From Opitutales bacterium (GTDB taxonomy: Bacteria > Verrucomicrobiota > Verrucomicrobiia > Opitutales > UBA2987): a stretch of 64,000 nucleotides of DNA. A program made the translations under genes and the position numbers. Each line of letters begins with the position of its first letter. Position 1 is the stretch's first letter. Of the stretch, positions 11,695 through 22,478 are shown piece after piece. The notes beneath the pieces were generated by a model, which made no database searches, was not told where the DNA came from, and was given only the letters and a program-made list of their open reading frames with translations. The stretch spans positions 1 through 64,000 of the forward strand of contig CBDDEL010000012.1 of NCBI GenBank assembly GCA_965226885.1, given 5' to 3'.

Positions 11695-13196
11695 AAAGCC
11701 CCTCCTGGAATCTTGAGCAGTTCGCTGTAGGCACCGAGGTCAGGGGCGGCCACACGGACGTGACGCAGGTGTGGATGGCCGTCCAGCCGGAAGGTTCTGC
11801 TCCCGTAGTCTTCCTGAGGATAGAGATACTGGGCGATGGCCTCACGAGTCAGTCCCCCCACCCGCAGGGCCGAGACGACGGCCTGCTGCAAGGCCGCCAT
11901 GGGGTGTTTCTCCAACAGCCGCAGCACCCGGATATACTCCCGGGTGCCTTCGCCCCCGCATTGGCTTTCGAGCCGGCGTCTGAGGACCTGCAGGCACTGC
12001 GGCAACTGCCAGCCCGAGAGTGGGCGGGCGAAGTCCAAAGCGCCCGGTTTTTTCTCCAGCAAAGCCAGGTAGTGCACCGGCTCGAAAGAGACTTGCTCTT
12101 TATCCCAAATGCGGCGGTGCCGGGCCACCTCTTGGCCCCCACAGAAGATCACCACCTGCCGACAGGACCCTTCCACCACCACCGGATGGTGGGCGCAGCG
12201 CACCGGCACCGAATAGTCGTTGCACTCGAAGCGCACCAGCGAGAGGCTGCTGACGCAGGTCGAGCGTTTGCGGCTCGCTTCAAAGGGTATGGGCGGCAAC
12301 GCCAGCATGACGGCGCGCTCCTCGGCCAGCAGTTCCTTTTTCACCGCCCTTTTCCCGCGTAATTTACGCTCCATGTCCCGCTCACATGCCTCCAACAGCT
12401 TTGCGTTGAGTTCCTCCAGGTCCCGAACCTGCGGTACCGGTACCAGGAAGTTGGCCCGGGCATAACGCACGATCCCCTCGACCACGCCCTTCTCGTTGGG
12501 CCGGGCGGGCAGACAGAAGTGTTCCTCGAACAGGTAATGGCTCTGTAGCTGCAGAAACCCGTCGGTCAGCTTGCGTTCACGCGAACCGATAATCTTACCC
12601 ACCGCCACCTTCGAGTTGTCATAGCTGATGCGCCGGGGCACCGCCCCGAAAAACTCAAAAGCTCGCAGGTGCCCCTCCCAGAAGCTCTCCGTGCACTCCC
12701 GTTCGAACACCTGCACGAAAAAGGCATCGCTGTAGGGCAGGCTCATGGCAAAAAATGGCCGCCTACGCAATTGCCCCGCCTCCTTCACCAGGGCATGACC
12801 GAAGTCCACCTGTCCCTCCCCGGGGCGGTGCTCCAGCGGCACGAACACTTCCCGCCGCCTCGCTCGCAGCTCGGCCACCACCTCCTTGACCGCCGTGTAG
12901 CCCCCTTGGTAGCCCTTCTCCCGACCCAAACGCTGGTAGATCCGTTTGGCCGTATGGCGCTGCTTCTTGGGCACGTTCCGGTCCGCTTTGAGCACCTCCT
13001 CGATCCAGCCCACATACGGATCGATCTTGCGCTCTCGCCTCTTCTTGCGCCGGTCTCCCGGCGGCTGGGAATAGGCCAGCATCTTTCCCAGGGTCTCCCA
13101 GTGCAGTCCCTCTTCTCGCATTACAGAGCGCTTGCTCTGCTTGTCCCGCAGCACTTTGTGCCGCACTCTTGTCCATTGCTTCATATCTCGATACAC
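11691..13196 (-). CDS. istA: IS21 transposase IstA
   Basis: HTAKRIYQRL, GQVDFG, YDN, EKGVVEG; overlaps istB start. Confidence 0.95.
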   Translation of the reverse strand: MYRDMKQWTRVRHKVLRDKQSKRSVMREEGLHWETLGKMLAYSQPPGDRRKKRRERKIDPYVGWIEEVLKADRNVPKKQRHTAKRIYQRLGREKGYQGGYTAVKEVVAELRARRREVFVPLEHRPGEGQVDFGHALVKEAGQLRRRPFFAMSLPYSDAFFVQVFERECTESFWEGHLRAFEFFGAVPRRISYDNSKVAVGKIIGSRERKLTDGFLQLQSHYLFEEHFCLPARPNEKGVVEGIVRYARANFLVPVPQVRDLEELNAKLLEACERDMERKLRGKRAVKKELLAEERAVMLALPPIPFEASRKRSTCVSSLSLVRFECNDYSVPVRCAHHPVVVEGSCRQVVIFCGGQEVARHRRIWDKEQVSFEPVHYLALLEKKPGALDFARPLSGWQLPQCLQVLRRRLESQCGGEGTREYIRVLRLLEKHPMAALQQAVVSALRVGGLTREAIAQYLYPQEDYGSRTFRLDGHPHLRHVRVAAPDLGAYSELLKIPGGAL

Positions 13197-14773
13197 TCCT
13201 CCTTTCTAGGATAAGCGTACCGGTTTTAAAGCGCCCTCTTTACCGTACCGGTTTTTCCCCGGCGTTTACAGCCATGGAATTCCACGGGCTGGGGGTAACC
13301 GAGCATTCGCAGGGCACTTTCGCCGTTATGCTCATAACGGACCTGGCCATGATTACGGGCAATATCGCCAAAAAAGGGGCCGGAGTGAATCCTCTGCGTG
13401 GTCAAAACAATGTGCAGGGCGCCGCCGACATGGGTTGCCAACCGCATCAGGGCGCGGGTTATCTGGACGTTACGGATGAGGCCGTCAACCAGCGTTACAA
13501 TGAATTTTACGGGGCCACGCTGCCCCGCCATATCGGCTACAAAATCCCGGAGATGTTCGATGCGGCCATTTCGGGAGATTTGAAAGCGATCTGGATCATC
13601 GGCGAGGATGTCGTGCAGACCGATCCGAATACTCACAAAGTGAAAAAAGCGTTGGGCAATCTCGACCTGCTCATCGTCCAGGAATTGTTCATGACGGAAA
13701 CCGCGAAAATGGCGGACGTTATCCTGCCAGGCGCTTCATTCCTGGAAAAAAGCGGCACCTTCACCAATGGGGAGAGGCGAATTCAGCGGGTCAACAAAGT
13801 GGTTGAGCCCATTGCGGGATGCCGGGGCGACGGGCAGATCATTGTCGATATGATGAACCGGATGGGTTATGCGCAACCCGATTACACACCCGAAGGCATG
13901 CTGGAGGAAATCTCCCAAATCGTGCCCTTTTTTAAAGGAGCCAAGTGGGAAAACCTGGGTGACAATGGCCTGCAGTGGCCCGTGCTGGAGGACGGCAGTG
14001 ATACCAAAATGCTCCACATCAATGATTTCAAACGGGGCAAAGGAAAATTTCATTTCATCGATTTCAAGGAATCGGCGGAAATCGAAAAATACGGCAAAGA
14101 CTTTCCCTACATCATAACGACAAACAGGGAACTGGAGCATTATAATTCTGGCGTTATGACCCGGCGGACCGGCAATATCGAATTGCTGAATGAGGATGTG
14201 CTTTTGATCCATCCGGGGGATGCGGCGGATAACTTCATCGAGGACGGCGGCATGGTCTGTGTGGAATCGGCCAGAGGGAAAGTGGATTTAAAAGCCAAAA
14301 TAACCGATGAGGTGAAGCCGGGAATCCTCAGTTCCACTTTTCATTTTCCAGAAATCATGCTCAATAAGATCACTTCCGACGAGCATTGCTCGGAAGCACT
14401 TTGCCCGGAATACAAAGTCGTCTCAGTGCGCATCAGAAAAAGCAGAGGGCGGAGAAAAGCGAAAGAGGCTGGCAAAACTCAGGCCAGGCCGAAGGCGGCG
14501 GTAGTCGCCCCGGCAGCGATTCAAGGTCCATCCTGAACGTCTGTTTAAGAGGACTCGTTCAGCCCGGAACTCGTTAACGGCGGCGCCCTTCAACCCCCTC
14601 CCCCAACCAATAGGGAGCCCGGTTCAAGTTGTGGTTGCTGAGGGTCGAGCAGGTTGTGGAAGCGAATCCGAGTGCTGGCTGGGGCGTAGTAATTTGCCTC
14701 AATTGGAGACTAATTATGCCGTGCACAGCCGCAAGCCTTCTACTCGCCGGGAAGGGTTTTCGAAGCATCCGCG

Positions 14774-15575
14774 GGTAGTGTATAAAAAAAGAATGTTATT
14801 TTGTATTTTTAGCTGTACAAATAGCGTTAGGCAGTTTATTCTTAGTGCATGGTTACTAAAATTATTAATTGTCGGCACTGTGGAAGTGAAAATATCATTA
14901 AATTTGGCAAGACGCCCAACCATAAACAGCGCTACCGCTGCCATGATTGTGGTAAACAAAGCCGCGAAAACCCCACAGTGAAATACACCGAAGAGCAAAA
15001 AGAAATGATCCTTCGAGTCTATCAGGAACGCAGCAGTCTACGCGGTTTACAGCGCGCCTTCGGGGTGAGTCCCAACACCGTTTTGAGTTGGTTAAAAAAA
15101 ACGACAATCGCTGCGACCGCTCAAAAGCACGATTCTTGCGGCCCGCCGCCATGATGTCATTGAACTGGACGAACTGTGGTCTTTTGTGGGGCGCAAGAGC
15201 GATGCCCAATGGGTTTGGATCGCTCTTTGCCGACGCACCCGTCAAATCCTCTCCTATGCCATTGGGCCTCGGGATTGGTATCGTTGCCGGGAACTTTACG
15301 AGCGTCTGCCACGGGCCTACAAAAGATGTGCCACCTACAGCGACTTTTGGAGCACTTATGATGAAGTCTTTCCTCATAACCGATCCGTGGGAAAAGAAAC
15401 CGGTGAAACGGCCCATGTGGAACGATGGAACAATACCCTGCGCCAACGACTGGGTCGTTTCACACGCAAAACCCTCTCCTTTTCCAAGCTTAAGAGTATG
15501 CATGAAACCTGTCTGAGACTTTTCATTCATCAATATAATCAAGAATTAGCCACCATTCCTACTTAATACACTACC
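14774..15575 (+). mobile_element. IS1 family element, copy 2
   Basis: 802 bp, same as copy 1; TSD CATCCGCG. Confidence 0.95.
14849..15566 (+). CDS. IS1 transposase InsA/InsB (frameshifted)
   Basis: Same ORFs as copy 1. Confidence 0.9.
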
Positions 15576-15884
15576 CATCCGCGGATACGGTCATTTCCTG
15601 CTGCCCTCAATGCGGTTCTGTCAACTCTCGCTAAATGCCGATTTTTATGCAAATGTTTCATCCGGTGGTGGTAAACTTGATGAAGTAATATATATTTCTG
15701 ATTGATATTCATGCCCTAAGTTTAGAGAGGATCGGCTGGAAATCGTATCAGTAGATTTACGCAATTTCATTGGAAAATTTGATTAACCTCACAATTGGGA
15801 ACTTGAGGGTTTGGATTGGCCCGGTCTACCTGGTATGCCTTAATAGGTGTCCATCATGTCGAGTCTGAACTACATTAATCGAAT

Positions 15885-17390
15885 ATGAAAATTTTTTTCT
15901 CAGGCCTCTATCAGGAAACGAACAGTTTTTGCCCTGCTATGACGGATATGGGGTGCTTTCAACGCGGTTATCTTTTGCAGGGCGATGCCATCCGGGAACA
16001 GTTGTACGGAACCAATACCGAAATCGGGGGTTTTTTTGAGGCCCTTGAAAACCATCCCGAGCCAATCGAAATCATACCGGGCATGGCGGCCTGGGCAGTC
16101 ACTTACGGCCCTGTTTTAAAGGATACTTTCGCCCAACTGGCGGCCATGATCGTTGAGCCGCTGAAAAATTCTTTGCCCGTGGACGGAGTTTTTCTTTCTT
16201 TGCACGGTTCCCTCTTGGTAGAGCATCTGGATGACGGTGAAGGCCACATTCTGAAAATGGTCAGGGACATTGTGGGCGCTTCCACACCCATCGTCTGCTC
16301 CCTGGATTTTCACGCCGTTGTAACTGAGCGGATGCTGAAAAATGCCGACCTTCTTGTCGGTTACCGGACTTACCCGCACATTGACATGGGCAATACCGGG
16401 CGTCGTGCAACGGAGGCTTTGCTCAGGCTGACGGCGGAAAAATCTCGATTCGGAATAATTTTTAGGCGAGTGCCCATGATTTTGCCGGTGGACAACACCG
16501 AGACCCTCGACGGCCCCATGGCTGAAGTTATGCAGAGGGTAAAGGACTGGGAAAAGCGCCCTCAAGTTATCCACGCATCGGCTTTTTGCACGCATCCCTG
16601 GGTTGATCTTAAAGGGCATGGAATTGCCTTGCTCGCCTATGTCGAAAATTCTGCTCAAGAGGAGATGGAAAGGCAATTTGCGGAACTCGCCGACGAGATA
16701 TGGAATCGACGCCGGGAGTTTTTTCAGGATTACCCGAATGTCGAGGAATTCACACGAAATATTGCCGATTACAAAAAACCCATTGCCATCGTCGATTCCG
16801 GGGATATCACAACGGCGGGCGCAATGGGGGACAGCACGGTTTTGCTGCGCAGCCTCCTCTCGGTGGCAGGACGCCTGTTTGAGGCCGTGGCCATTCCAAT
16901 CGTCGATCCCACCACACTGGAAATAGCCTGGAATGCCGGGGTAGGGCAAAAAATCGATTGCTCGGTTGGCGGTTCCGATGACAAGGAAGCCTACAACCTG
17001 CGAGTGTCCGTTAGGGCAACCGTAATGCGGTTAAGCGACCGGCCTATCAAAATTAAAGGAACGTCTTTTGGCGGAATGAAACTGGATATCAGGAGGCGCG
17101 CTCTTCTTCAGATTGGAGAAAATATTTTCCTCCTGACGATTGAATTCACTTCGATGATGCATGATCCTGAATTCTGGAGGAGCATGGGTCTGGAACCGGA
17201 ATCAATGGACTTGATTGTCCAGAAATCCCATAAACTGTTCCGGGCCGGTTATTCGGATATCGTCAAATCGGTCGTTACGGTTGACACGGCGGGCTGCACG
17301 GATCGAAATATAAAGCGATCACCTTTCAGAAACATAGATCGTCCCATTTTTCCAATGGACGACGTAAACCACTATGGAACATTAAGTTAA
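15885..17390 (+). CDS. M81 family metallopeptidase (MlrC-like)
   Basis: QETNSF, DGVFLSLHGS, DDGEG, SLDFHA, YRTYPHIDM. Confidence 0.9.
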   Translation: MKIFFSGLYQETNSFCPAMTDMGCFQRGYLLQGDAIREQLYGTNTEIGGFFEALENHPEPIEIIPGMAAWAVTYGPVLKDTFAQLAAMIVEPLKNSLPVDGVFLSLHGSLLVEHLDDGEGHILKMVRDIVGASTPIVCSLDFHAVVTERMLKNADLLVGYRTYPHIDMGNTGRRATEALLRLTAEKSRFGIIFRRVPMILPVDNTETLDGPMAEVMQRVKDWEKRPQVIHASAFCTHPWVDLKGHGIALLAYVENSAQEEMERQFAELADEIWNRRREFFQDYPNVEEFTRNIADYKKPIAIVDSGDITTAGAMGDSTVLLRSLLSVAGRLFEAVAIPIVDPTTLEIAWNAGVGQKIDCSVGGSDDKEAYNLRVSVRATVMRLSDRPIKIKGTSFGGMKLDIRRRALLQIGENIFLLTIEFTSMMHDPEFWRSMGLEPESMDLIVQKSHKLFRAGYSDIVKSVVTVDTAGCTDRNIKRSPFRNIDRPIFPMDDVNHYGTLS

Positions 17391-17393
17391 AGC

Positions 17394-18287
17394 ATGAATC
17401 AACGCATTGGATTTATCGGAGTCGGCAACATGGGCGCGGGTATCGTCAAGAACCTGCGTAAAAATAAGATTGAGGTCGGTTTTACGGCTCGGGAAAACCA
17501 GCGCGCCCTGGCCGCAGCGGAGCGCTTGACCGAACTTGGAGCCAGGCGGGCAGCTAATTATGAGAACCTGGCCCAGGAGTCCGATGTGGTCATGCTCTGT
17601 CTGCCGGACACACCGACGGTCGAGCACATTTTGCTGAACGATGAGGGTATCGGCCCAAGCCTTCGCGAGGGGCAGATTATCGTTGACCTCTCCACCAGCT
17701 ATCCTCCTTCCACCCGCCGCCTGTGTGCCCTTTTCAAAGATCGGGGCATTGATTTGCTGGACGCCCCCCTGACCGGAAGCAAGGTGCAGGCCGAAGAAGG
17801 CAATCTAAACGTAATGTGTGGCGGCTCAAAAGAGGCTTATGATATTGTGAAACCCGTTTTCGAGGCTTTTTCCGCCCATGTTTTCCATGTCGGCGAGTCG
17901 GGCTCCGGGCACGCTATTAAACTAATCAATAACTATTTTGGGCAGGCTTCGCTTATGACCCTTTGCGAAATCCTCCCCTTTGCCCAAAAATATGGTATAA
18001 GCCTGCAAGCCCTATATGACGTAATCTCGGTCAGCGGCGGCAACAACGCCACTTTTCAAGGGTTGATGCCGAGATTGATGAAACGCGATTTCAGTGTTAA
18101 TTTCCAGCAAAAACTGGCCCGCAAGGACGTCCACTATATGAACAATCTGGCTCGTGAAACGGGAACCCCAACGCCGATGGCGGCGGCTGTCTTATCCCTC
18201 CACGATATGGCCACGGCAAAAGGTTACGGAGATGAAGACATTTCCGCCATGCTGAGATTCTTCGAAGAATTCGCCGGTAACGGTTAA
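17394..18287 (+). CDS. NAD(P)-dependent oxidoreductase, beta-hydroxyacid dehydrogenase family
   Basis: IGFIGVGNMG, DAPLTGS, GSGHAIKLINN, KD motif. Confidence 0.9.
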   Translation: MNQRIGFIGVGNMGAGIVKNLRKNKIEVGFTARENQRALAAAERLTELGARRAANYENLAQESDVVMLCLPDTPTVEHILLNDEGIGPSLREGQIIVDLSTSYPPSTRRLCALFKDRGIDLLDAPLTGSKVQAEEGNLNVMCGGSKEAYDIVKPVFEAFSAHVFHVGESGSGHAIKLINNYFGQASLMTLCEILPFAQKYGISLQALYDVISVSGGNNATFQGLMPRLMKRDFSVNFQQKLARKDVHYMNNLARETGTPTPMAAAVLSLHDMATAKGYGDEDISAMLRFFEEFAGNG

Positions 18288-19303
18288 GGCAAATCCTTTA
18301 ATATTTGGGCCAGGTTTCGACCCATTTCGATCATTCCATTGTCGCCGGGATGCAGAAGGTCGGCAGTCAGTCCGCTGATGTCCGTCAACAGATCGGTACC
18401 CTCGATCAGGCGCACATTATCGTAGGGGCAGGCGGCGACTGCGTCCCGCAAGGCCTGGCGGTATTCTTCGCAATGGGCTTTGAAGGGATTGTCCTTGAGG
18501 ACGATGCCAAAATCCAGAAATAAGGGATAGAGGGTGATGCAGGCAACCGTTCGGGTGGGATCGCTCCCCGCGATTCTGTTTACCATGTAACTGACACGGC
18601 TGTAGAATTCATCAATCGCAAATCCCCTCATCATGTTTACGTAAAGGGCGAGGGTGGCGATTTGCCAGTCATCCCGATCAGCCATGTAATCGGCAAATTC
18701 GGGTTCGCAAAAAGCCGAACCGCCCACCCCCAGGTTAATCAAATCCGCCCCCAAATGCCTGGCCGTCTGGCTCACATAGGTGAGGTGCGGTCCCTCTGCA
18801 TGAAAACCGTGGGTGATCGATGTTCCGTAGGCCAGGTAGCGCAGGGACGGCAGGTCTTCGGCTGCGGGCGGGCGAACGTTTTCGCCTTCAACGCCGTGAA
18901 AAATAACGGGGTCGCGCGCGGGCGGCCCGCCGAAAATCAGCCGGAATACCCGCGGTGAGAATGCCATATCGCGGTAATAGGCGGGGTCCAGTTGAGAGAG
19001 TATTTCCGGCGGGTCGATTTCAATGGTTTGGGGTTGCGGGCCGATAATAAAACGTTGGTTCGTGTCGAACAGCCCGCAAAAAACAGTCACTTTGGTCTGC
19101 CCCTCGGAGGAAAGGGTAAGGCGGCTCGGGCCATCCGCCGAAAATCGGATTTCGCAAGTATCCGGCTGCAAAACCCTCATTTGGGCTCCCTCGTTCAAAG
19201 CCAGGCGGACATTTTCGGGAACACGCTGCAACCGCCAGCCCTGGCCATCCGGCACAGTCCTCAATTCACCTACATTATGAAATTCCAGATTTTGAAATAT
19301 CAT
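18284..19303 (-). CDS. SGNH/GDSL hydrolase family protein
   Basis: YGTSITHG, NLGVGG, DLLHPGD. Confidence 0.85.
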   Translation of the reverse strand: MIFQNLEFHNVGELRTVPDGQGWRLQRVPENVRLALNEGAQMRVLQPDTCEIRFSADGPSRLTLSSEGQTKVTVFCGLFDTNQRFIIGPQPQTIEIDPPEILSQLDPAYYRDMAFSPRVFRLIFGGPPARDPVIFHGVEGENVRPPAAEDLPSLRYLAYGTSITHGFHAEGPHLTYVSQTARHLGADLINLGVGGSAFCEPEFADYMADRDDWQIATLALYVNMMRGFAIDEFYSRVSYMVNRIAGSDPTRTVACITLYPLFLDFGIVLKDNPFKAHCEEYRQALRDAVAACPYDNVRLIEGTDLLTDISGLTADLLHPGDNGMIEMGRNLAQILKDLP

Positions 19304-19317
19304 TAGTTATTAAAAAT

Positions 19318-19937
19318 TCAGATTATACCGGCCACATGACCTTGGAAAAGTTTAATTACGAATACCCCGAGATTGCTCGAGATGTGGGCTGCGATGCATG
19401 GAAGGAGCGAACGCGTGGGATTGAACCGGTTAAAGCGAACCGTGTAAAACCAAAGGGAATTGGCAAATAAAATCAGGAGAGTCCAGAGGCTTCCCGTTGT
19501 AAAATTAAGGGACAAATTGCCCGTGAGCGAGGATTCTCCCCACAACAGCCAATATTGCACATGGCCCAGGGTAAAAAGGGCGGACACGGCTAGGATGCTC
19601 GACCATAAAATTACTCGACCCCGATTTTCGATAACCAGATAGCCCCGAAAGATAAGCTCCTCAAGAAATCCCGCCGCCACCATGACGAGAAGATAAGACC
19701 CTCTTATATCGGACTGGGTGGCGGAAGTTCCCAGACGGTATTCCCCAATCGTCTCAATGGCAAGGATGACCAGCGCGCCCGCTATGGCCCCCATTATTAA
19801 AAAAAAGGAAGCCGGCGCAGCTCCCGGAAACGCCCGCAAACCGGTTTTTTTGCCGCTCAAGTCTCCCAGCCATTGTTTGCCCAGAGATAGAGTGCAATCC
19901 CAAAAATAAATATGGAGAAGAAAAAATCAGCGTTCAC
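19318..19937 (-). pseudogene. CPBP (CAAX/Abi) intramembrane metalloprotease, frameshifted near the N-terminus
   Basis: EELIFRG, FxxxH and H..SN motifs; hydrophobic leader from GTG 19937 (VNADFFFSIFIFGIALYL) is out of frame with 19860-19318, shift near 19885. Confidence 0.7.
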
Positions 19938-20004
19938 AGGTATAAATCACTCCTTTTTTCCTATTTTTTGCGGATGATTGCAGAAAACTTGATTTTAGAG
20001 GTTA

Positions 20005-21060
20005 ATGAGTTACGTTTTACCAATGTCATTAACCACGACCAGCCTTCCAGAGCCCAGGCGAACAATTCGCTATGTAGGCTTGGAGTCCATTTCGGAGCCT
20101 GTCAAACCGCATCTCAATCTCCTCAAGCAATTCATGCAAGGGCAGGTGGATGATTTTGAGGAGGAAACCCGTGAACTGGTCACCTACTGCCTGAAGAATA
20201 GCGGAAAGCGCATCCGCCCGATCCTCCTGTTTTATAGCGGCTGGACTACTTCCCGGACTGGTTTACACGATCTGGTGAAAGCCGCCGCCGTTATTGAATT
20301 GGTGCATCTGGCGACTTTGGTTCACGACGACATTCTTGATGAGGCTTCCATGCGTCACAACGAATCCACCGTCAGTGAAAAATTTGGCCCCGGAATCGCC
20401 GTTTTGCTCGGGGACGCCCTCTTTTCCCAAGCCCTCAAGCTGGCCTCGGAGTTTCCCACCGTGGATGTCTGCCGGGCCGTCTCCCAATCCACCCGCCGGG
20501 TCTGCGCCGGGGAGATCGGGCAGTCCTTCGAGCGGGGCAACACGGCCCTGGCGGTCGAAGATTATTACCACATCATTAATTATAAAACAGCCGAACTCTT
20601 CTATGTATCCTGCCATCTAGGGGCGAAACTGGCAGGTTATGACGACGGCTTTATTTCGGCCGCGGGCCGGTTCGGGCGCAGTCTTGGCATCGCCTACCAG
20701 ATATTTGACGATATTGCCGATTTTATCGGACAAGAAGACCGTATCGGGAAAACCCTGGGAACCGATGTTGCCAGCGGAAAATTCACCCTCCCGCTGATTT
20801 TGCTGCTTCGCAAATTAAGCCGGCTCAAGGGCAAGGAACTGGTGCGATCATTCCACAATGGCAAACCGGCGGACATCTTGGGCTTGAATCGATTGATGGC
20901 CGAGAAAGGAATTTTCGATGAAGTAAGTCAATGCTTCCAGCGGGAGATTGAAACAGCCGAAAGTGCCCTCGTTCCTTTTTCCGATTACCCGCCAACCGGC
21001 CACCTCAAGGAAATCAGCGCCTATGTCAAAAGACAGGTGGAAAAGTTTACCTGGCCCTAA
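20005..21060 (+). CDS. Polyprenyl diphosphate synthase
   Basis: GKRIRP, HLATLVHDD, KTA, AYQIFDD. Confidence 0.93.
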   Translation: MSYVLPMSLTTTSLPEPRRTIRYVGLESISEPVKPHLNLLKQFMQGQVDDFEEETRELVTYCLKNSGKRIRPILLFYSGWTTSRTGLHDLVKAAAVIELVHLATLVHDDILDEASMRHNESTVSEKFGPGIAVLLGDALFSQALKLASEFPTVDVCRAVSQSTRRVCAGEIGQSFERGNTALAVEDYYHIINYKTAELFYVSCHLGAKLAGYDDGFISAAGRFGRSLGIAYQIFDDIADFIGQEDRIGKTLGTDVASGKFTLPLILLLRKLSRLKGKELVRSFHNGKPADILGLNRLMAEKGIFDEVSQCFQREIETAESALVPFSDYPPTGHLKEISAYVKRQVEKFTWP

Positions 21061-21181
21061 TCCCGCATTCCGGACTGCAAAATCGAAACATTTGCCCTAT
21101 CAACCTGTCTCAAATTGGCAATCCGAAGCATTTTTATTTTATATTGATTTTATCCACCCATTCCCTATTATGGCCTCCTAA

Positions 21182-21841
21182 ATGAGTCTGACCAAAGCAG
21201 CCGGCGAAGCTCTCGCTACTACTACCGATGGCGAAGCTCTCGCTACTACTACCGATCTGCGGGAAAATGCCGTCGATAGCGATATGGCGTTTGTTCGCCG
21301 CGTCCAGCAGGGTGATGTGGGCGCTTTTGATCAGCTTATTTTAAAATACCGCGAACGGCTCTTTTCCATCATCTACAATCTCACCTCGAACCGGGAAGAT
21401 GCTGCCGATCTGACCCAGGACGCCTTTATCAAGGCTTTCCGGTCCATTAACCGGTTCAAGGGCAAATCCAGCTTTTTTACCTGGCTCTATCGAATCGCCA
21501 TCAACGGCGCGCTGACCCACCTCAAGCGCAACCGTTTGCGCAGGTTTTTCAGCTTCGAGACCATTCACGAAGAAATGGGCGCCACCGATATCATGGAGGC
21601 CCTCGCCGTACACACCAACTCCGACAAATCTGCACTACTCAGTGAACTTCAGGAAAAATTGAACGAAGCACTGCACAAATTGTCTCCTAACCATAGAACT
21701 GTTGTGGTTTTATTCGAAATCGAGGAGCTCAGTCATCAAGAAATTTCTGAGATCATGCAGTGTTCGGTCGGGACCGTGCGCTCGCGTCTGCATTACGCCA
21801 AACAGCAATTGCAGGCCTATTTGCAGAATTATTTAAGTTAG
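21182..21841 (+). CDS. ECF sigma-70 factor (RpoE-like)
   Basis: DAADLTQDAF, FFTWLYRIA, GTVRSRLH; in-frame 27-bp duplication GEALATTTD x2. Confidence 0.93.
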   Translation: MSLTKAAGEALATTTDGEALATTTDLRENAVDSDMAFVRRVQQGDVGAFDQLILKYRERLFSIIYNLTSNREDAADLTQDAFIKAFRSINRFKGKSSFFTWLYRIAINGALTHLKRNRLRRFFSFETIHEEMGATDIMEALAVHTNSDKSALLSELQEKLNEALHKLSPNHRTVVVLFEIEELSHQEISEIMQCSVGTVRSRLHYAKQQLQAYLQNYLS

Positions 21842-21849
21842 CAGACTTC

Positions 21850-22476
21850 ATGTCTTCACAACCGCTCCAGTCCACCAAGATCAAAATCACCCTTGAGGAG
21901 GTGCTCCGCCTCAAAAGGCGTGAGAAGCCGTCGGCGGAATTCTGGGAGCAGTTCGACCGCGAGCTGCGCCGCAAGACCCTGCGGGCGCTGGTTGATGAAA
22001 AACCCTGGCATCAGAAATACCTGACACCGGTTTTCGGCCGCTTGGCCATCGCCCTGCCCCTTGCCTCCGCCACTGTCCTGGCCCTCGTCTTCACCATTTT
22101 TCAAGATGGGATTTCGCTTGGCGATCCCACCCTCGGCAAGGCTCAGACTTCTCTCGTTCCCAAAGGCAAAGAACACCGGGCCCAGTCCCAGGGTTATGGC
22201 CGGGGTCGTAATGCCTTTGCCCATACGCAGGTCAATAATGCCAGCCGGGTTGCAATGCCTTTTACCAGCTCATACGTCACTGTGCAAACAAGGGTAAGTT
22301 TTGTCATTAATGTCATTCCCTTGCCTTCGAACAGCCAACGAGCCTTCGACACGGTTATGACGCCCCATACTTTGACTGCCTCTAACGCTGCCATGAATTT
22401 AATTCAAAAAGAGCCCATGGCGGGCGATACTCCATTGGTCAAATTTGTTTCCGCGCCTACATTGGATTATTTCTAA
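21850..22476 (+). CDS. Putative anti-sigma factor / single-pass membrane protein
   Basis: Directly follows ECF sigma; LKRREKPSAEFWEQFDRELR then a TM segment. Confidence 0.65.
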   Translation: MSSQPLQSTKIKITLEEVLRLKRREKPSAEFWEQFDRELRRKTLRALVDEKPWHQKYLTPVFGRLAIALPLASATVLALVFTIFQDGISLGDPTLGKAQTSLVPKGKEHRAQSQGYGRGRNAFAHTQVNNASRVAMPFTSSYVTVQTRVSFVINVIPLPSNSQRAFDTVMTPHTLTASNAAMNLIQKEPMAGDTPLVKFVSAPTLDYF

Positions 22477-22478
22477 AC

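Larger units (their letters stand above)
10760..13270 (-). mobile_element. IS21 family element, copy 1, inside fdhF
   Basis: TG...CA ends (TGTAAACGCCGGG), internal AAACCGGTAC repeats, 6-bp TSD GCCATG, istA-istB pair. Confidence 0.95.
7368..14536 (+). pseudogene. fdhF: Molybdopterin formate dehydrogenase alpha subunit (FdhF/FdsA-type), split by two ISs
   Basis: MSKIAYIN...FSYD|NGETLL...; Fe-S motifs, CTYCGVGC, NIDCCARVCH, PLRGQNNVQG; segments 7368-7437, 9269-10759 and 13271-14536 rejoin in frame once the ISs and TSDs are removed. Confidence 0.93.

Noticed and set aside
14540..14773. Possible ncRNA (CTTGAACC on the minus strand recalls 6S RNA) after fdhF
   Set aside because: I could not find a convincing long closing stem or other family motifs; left unannotated.
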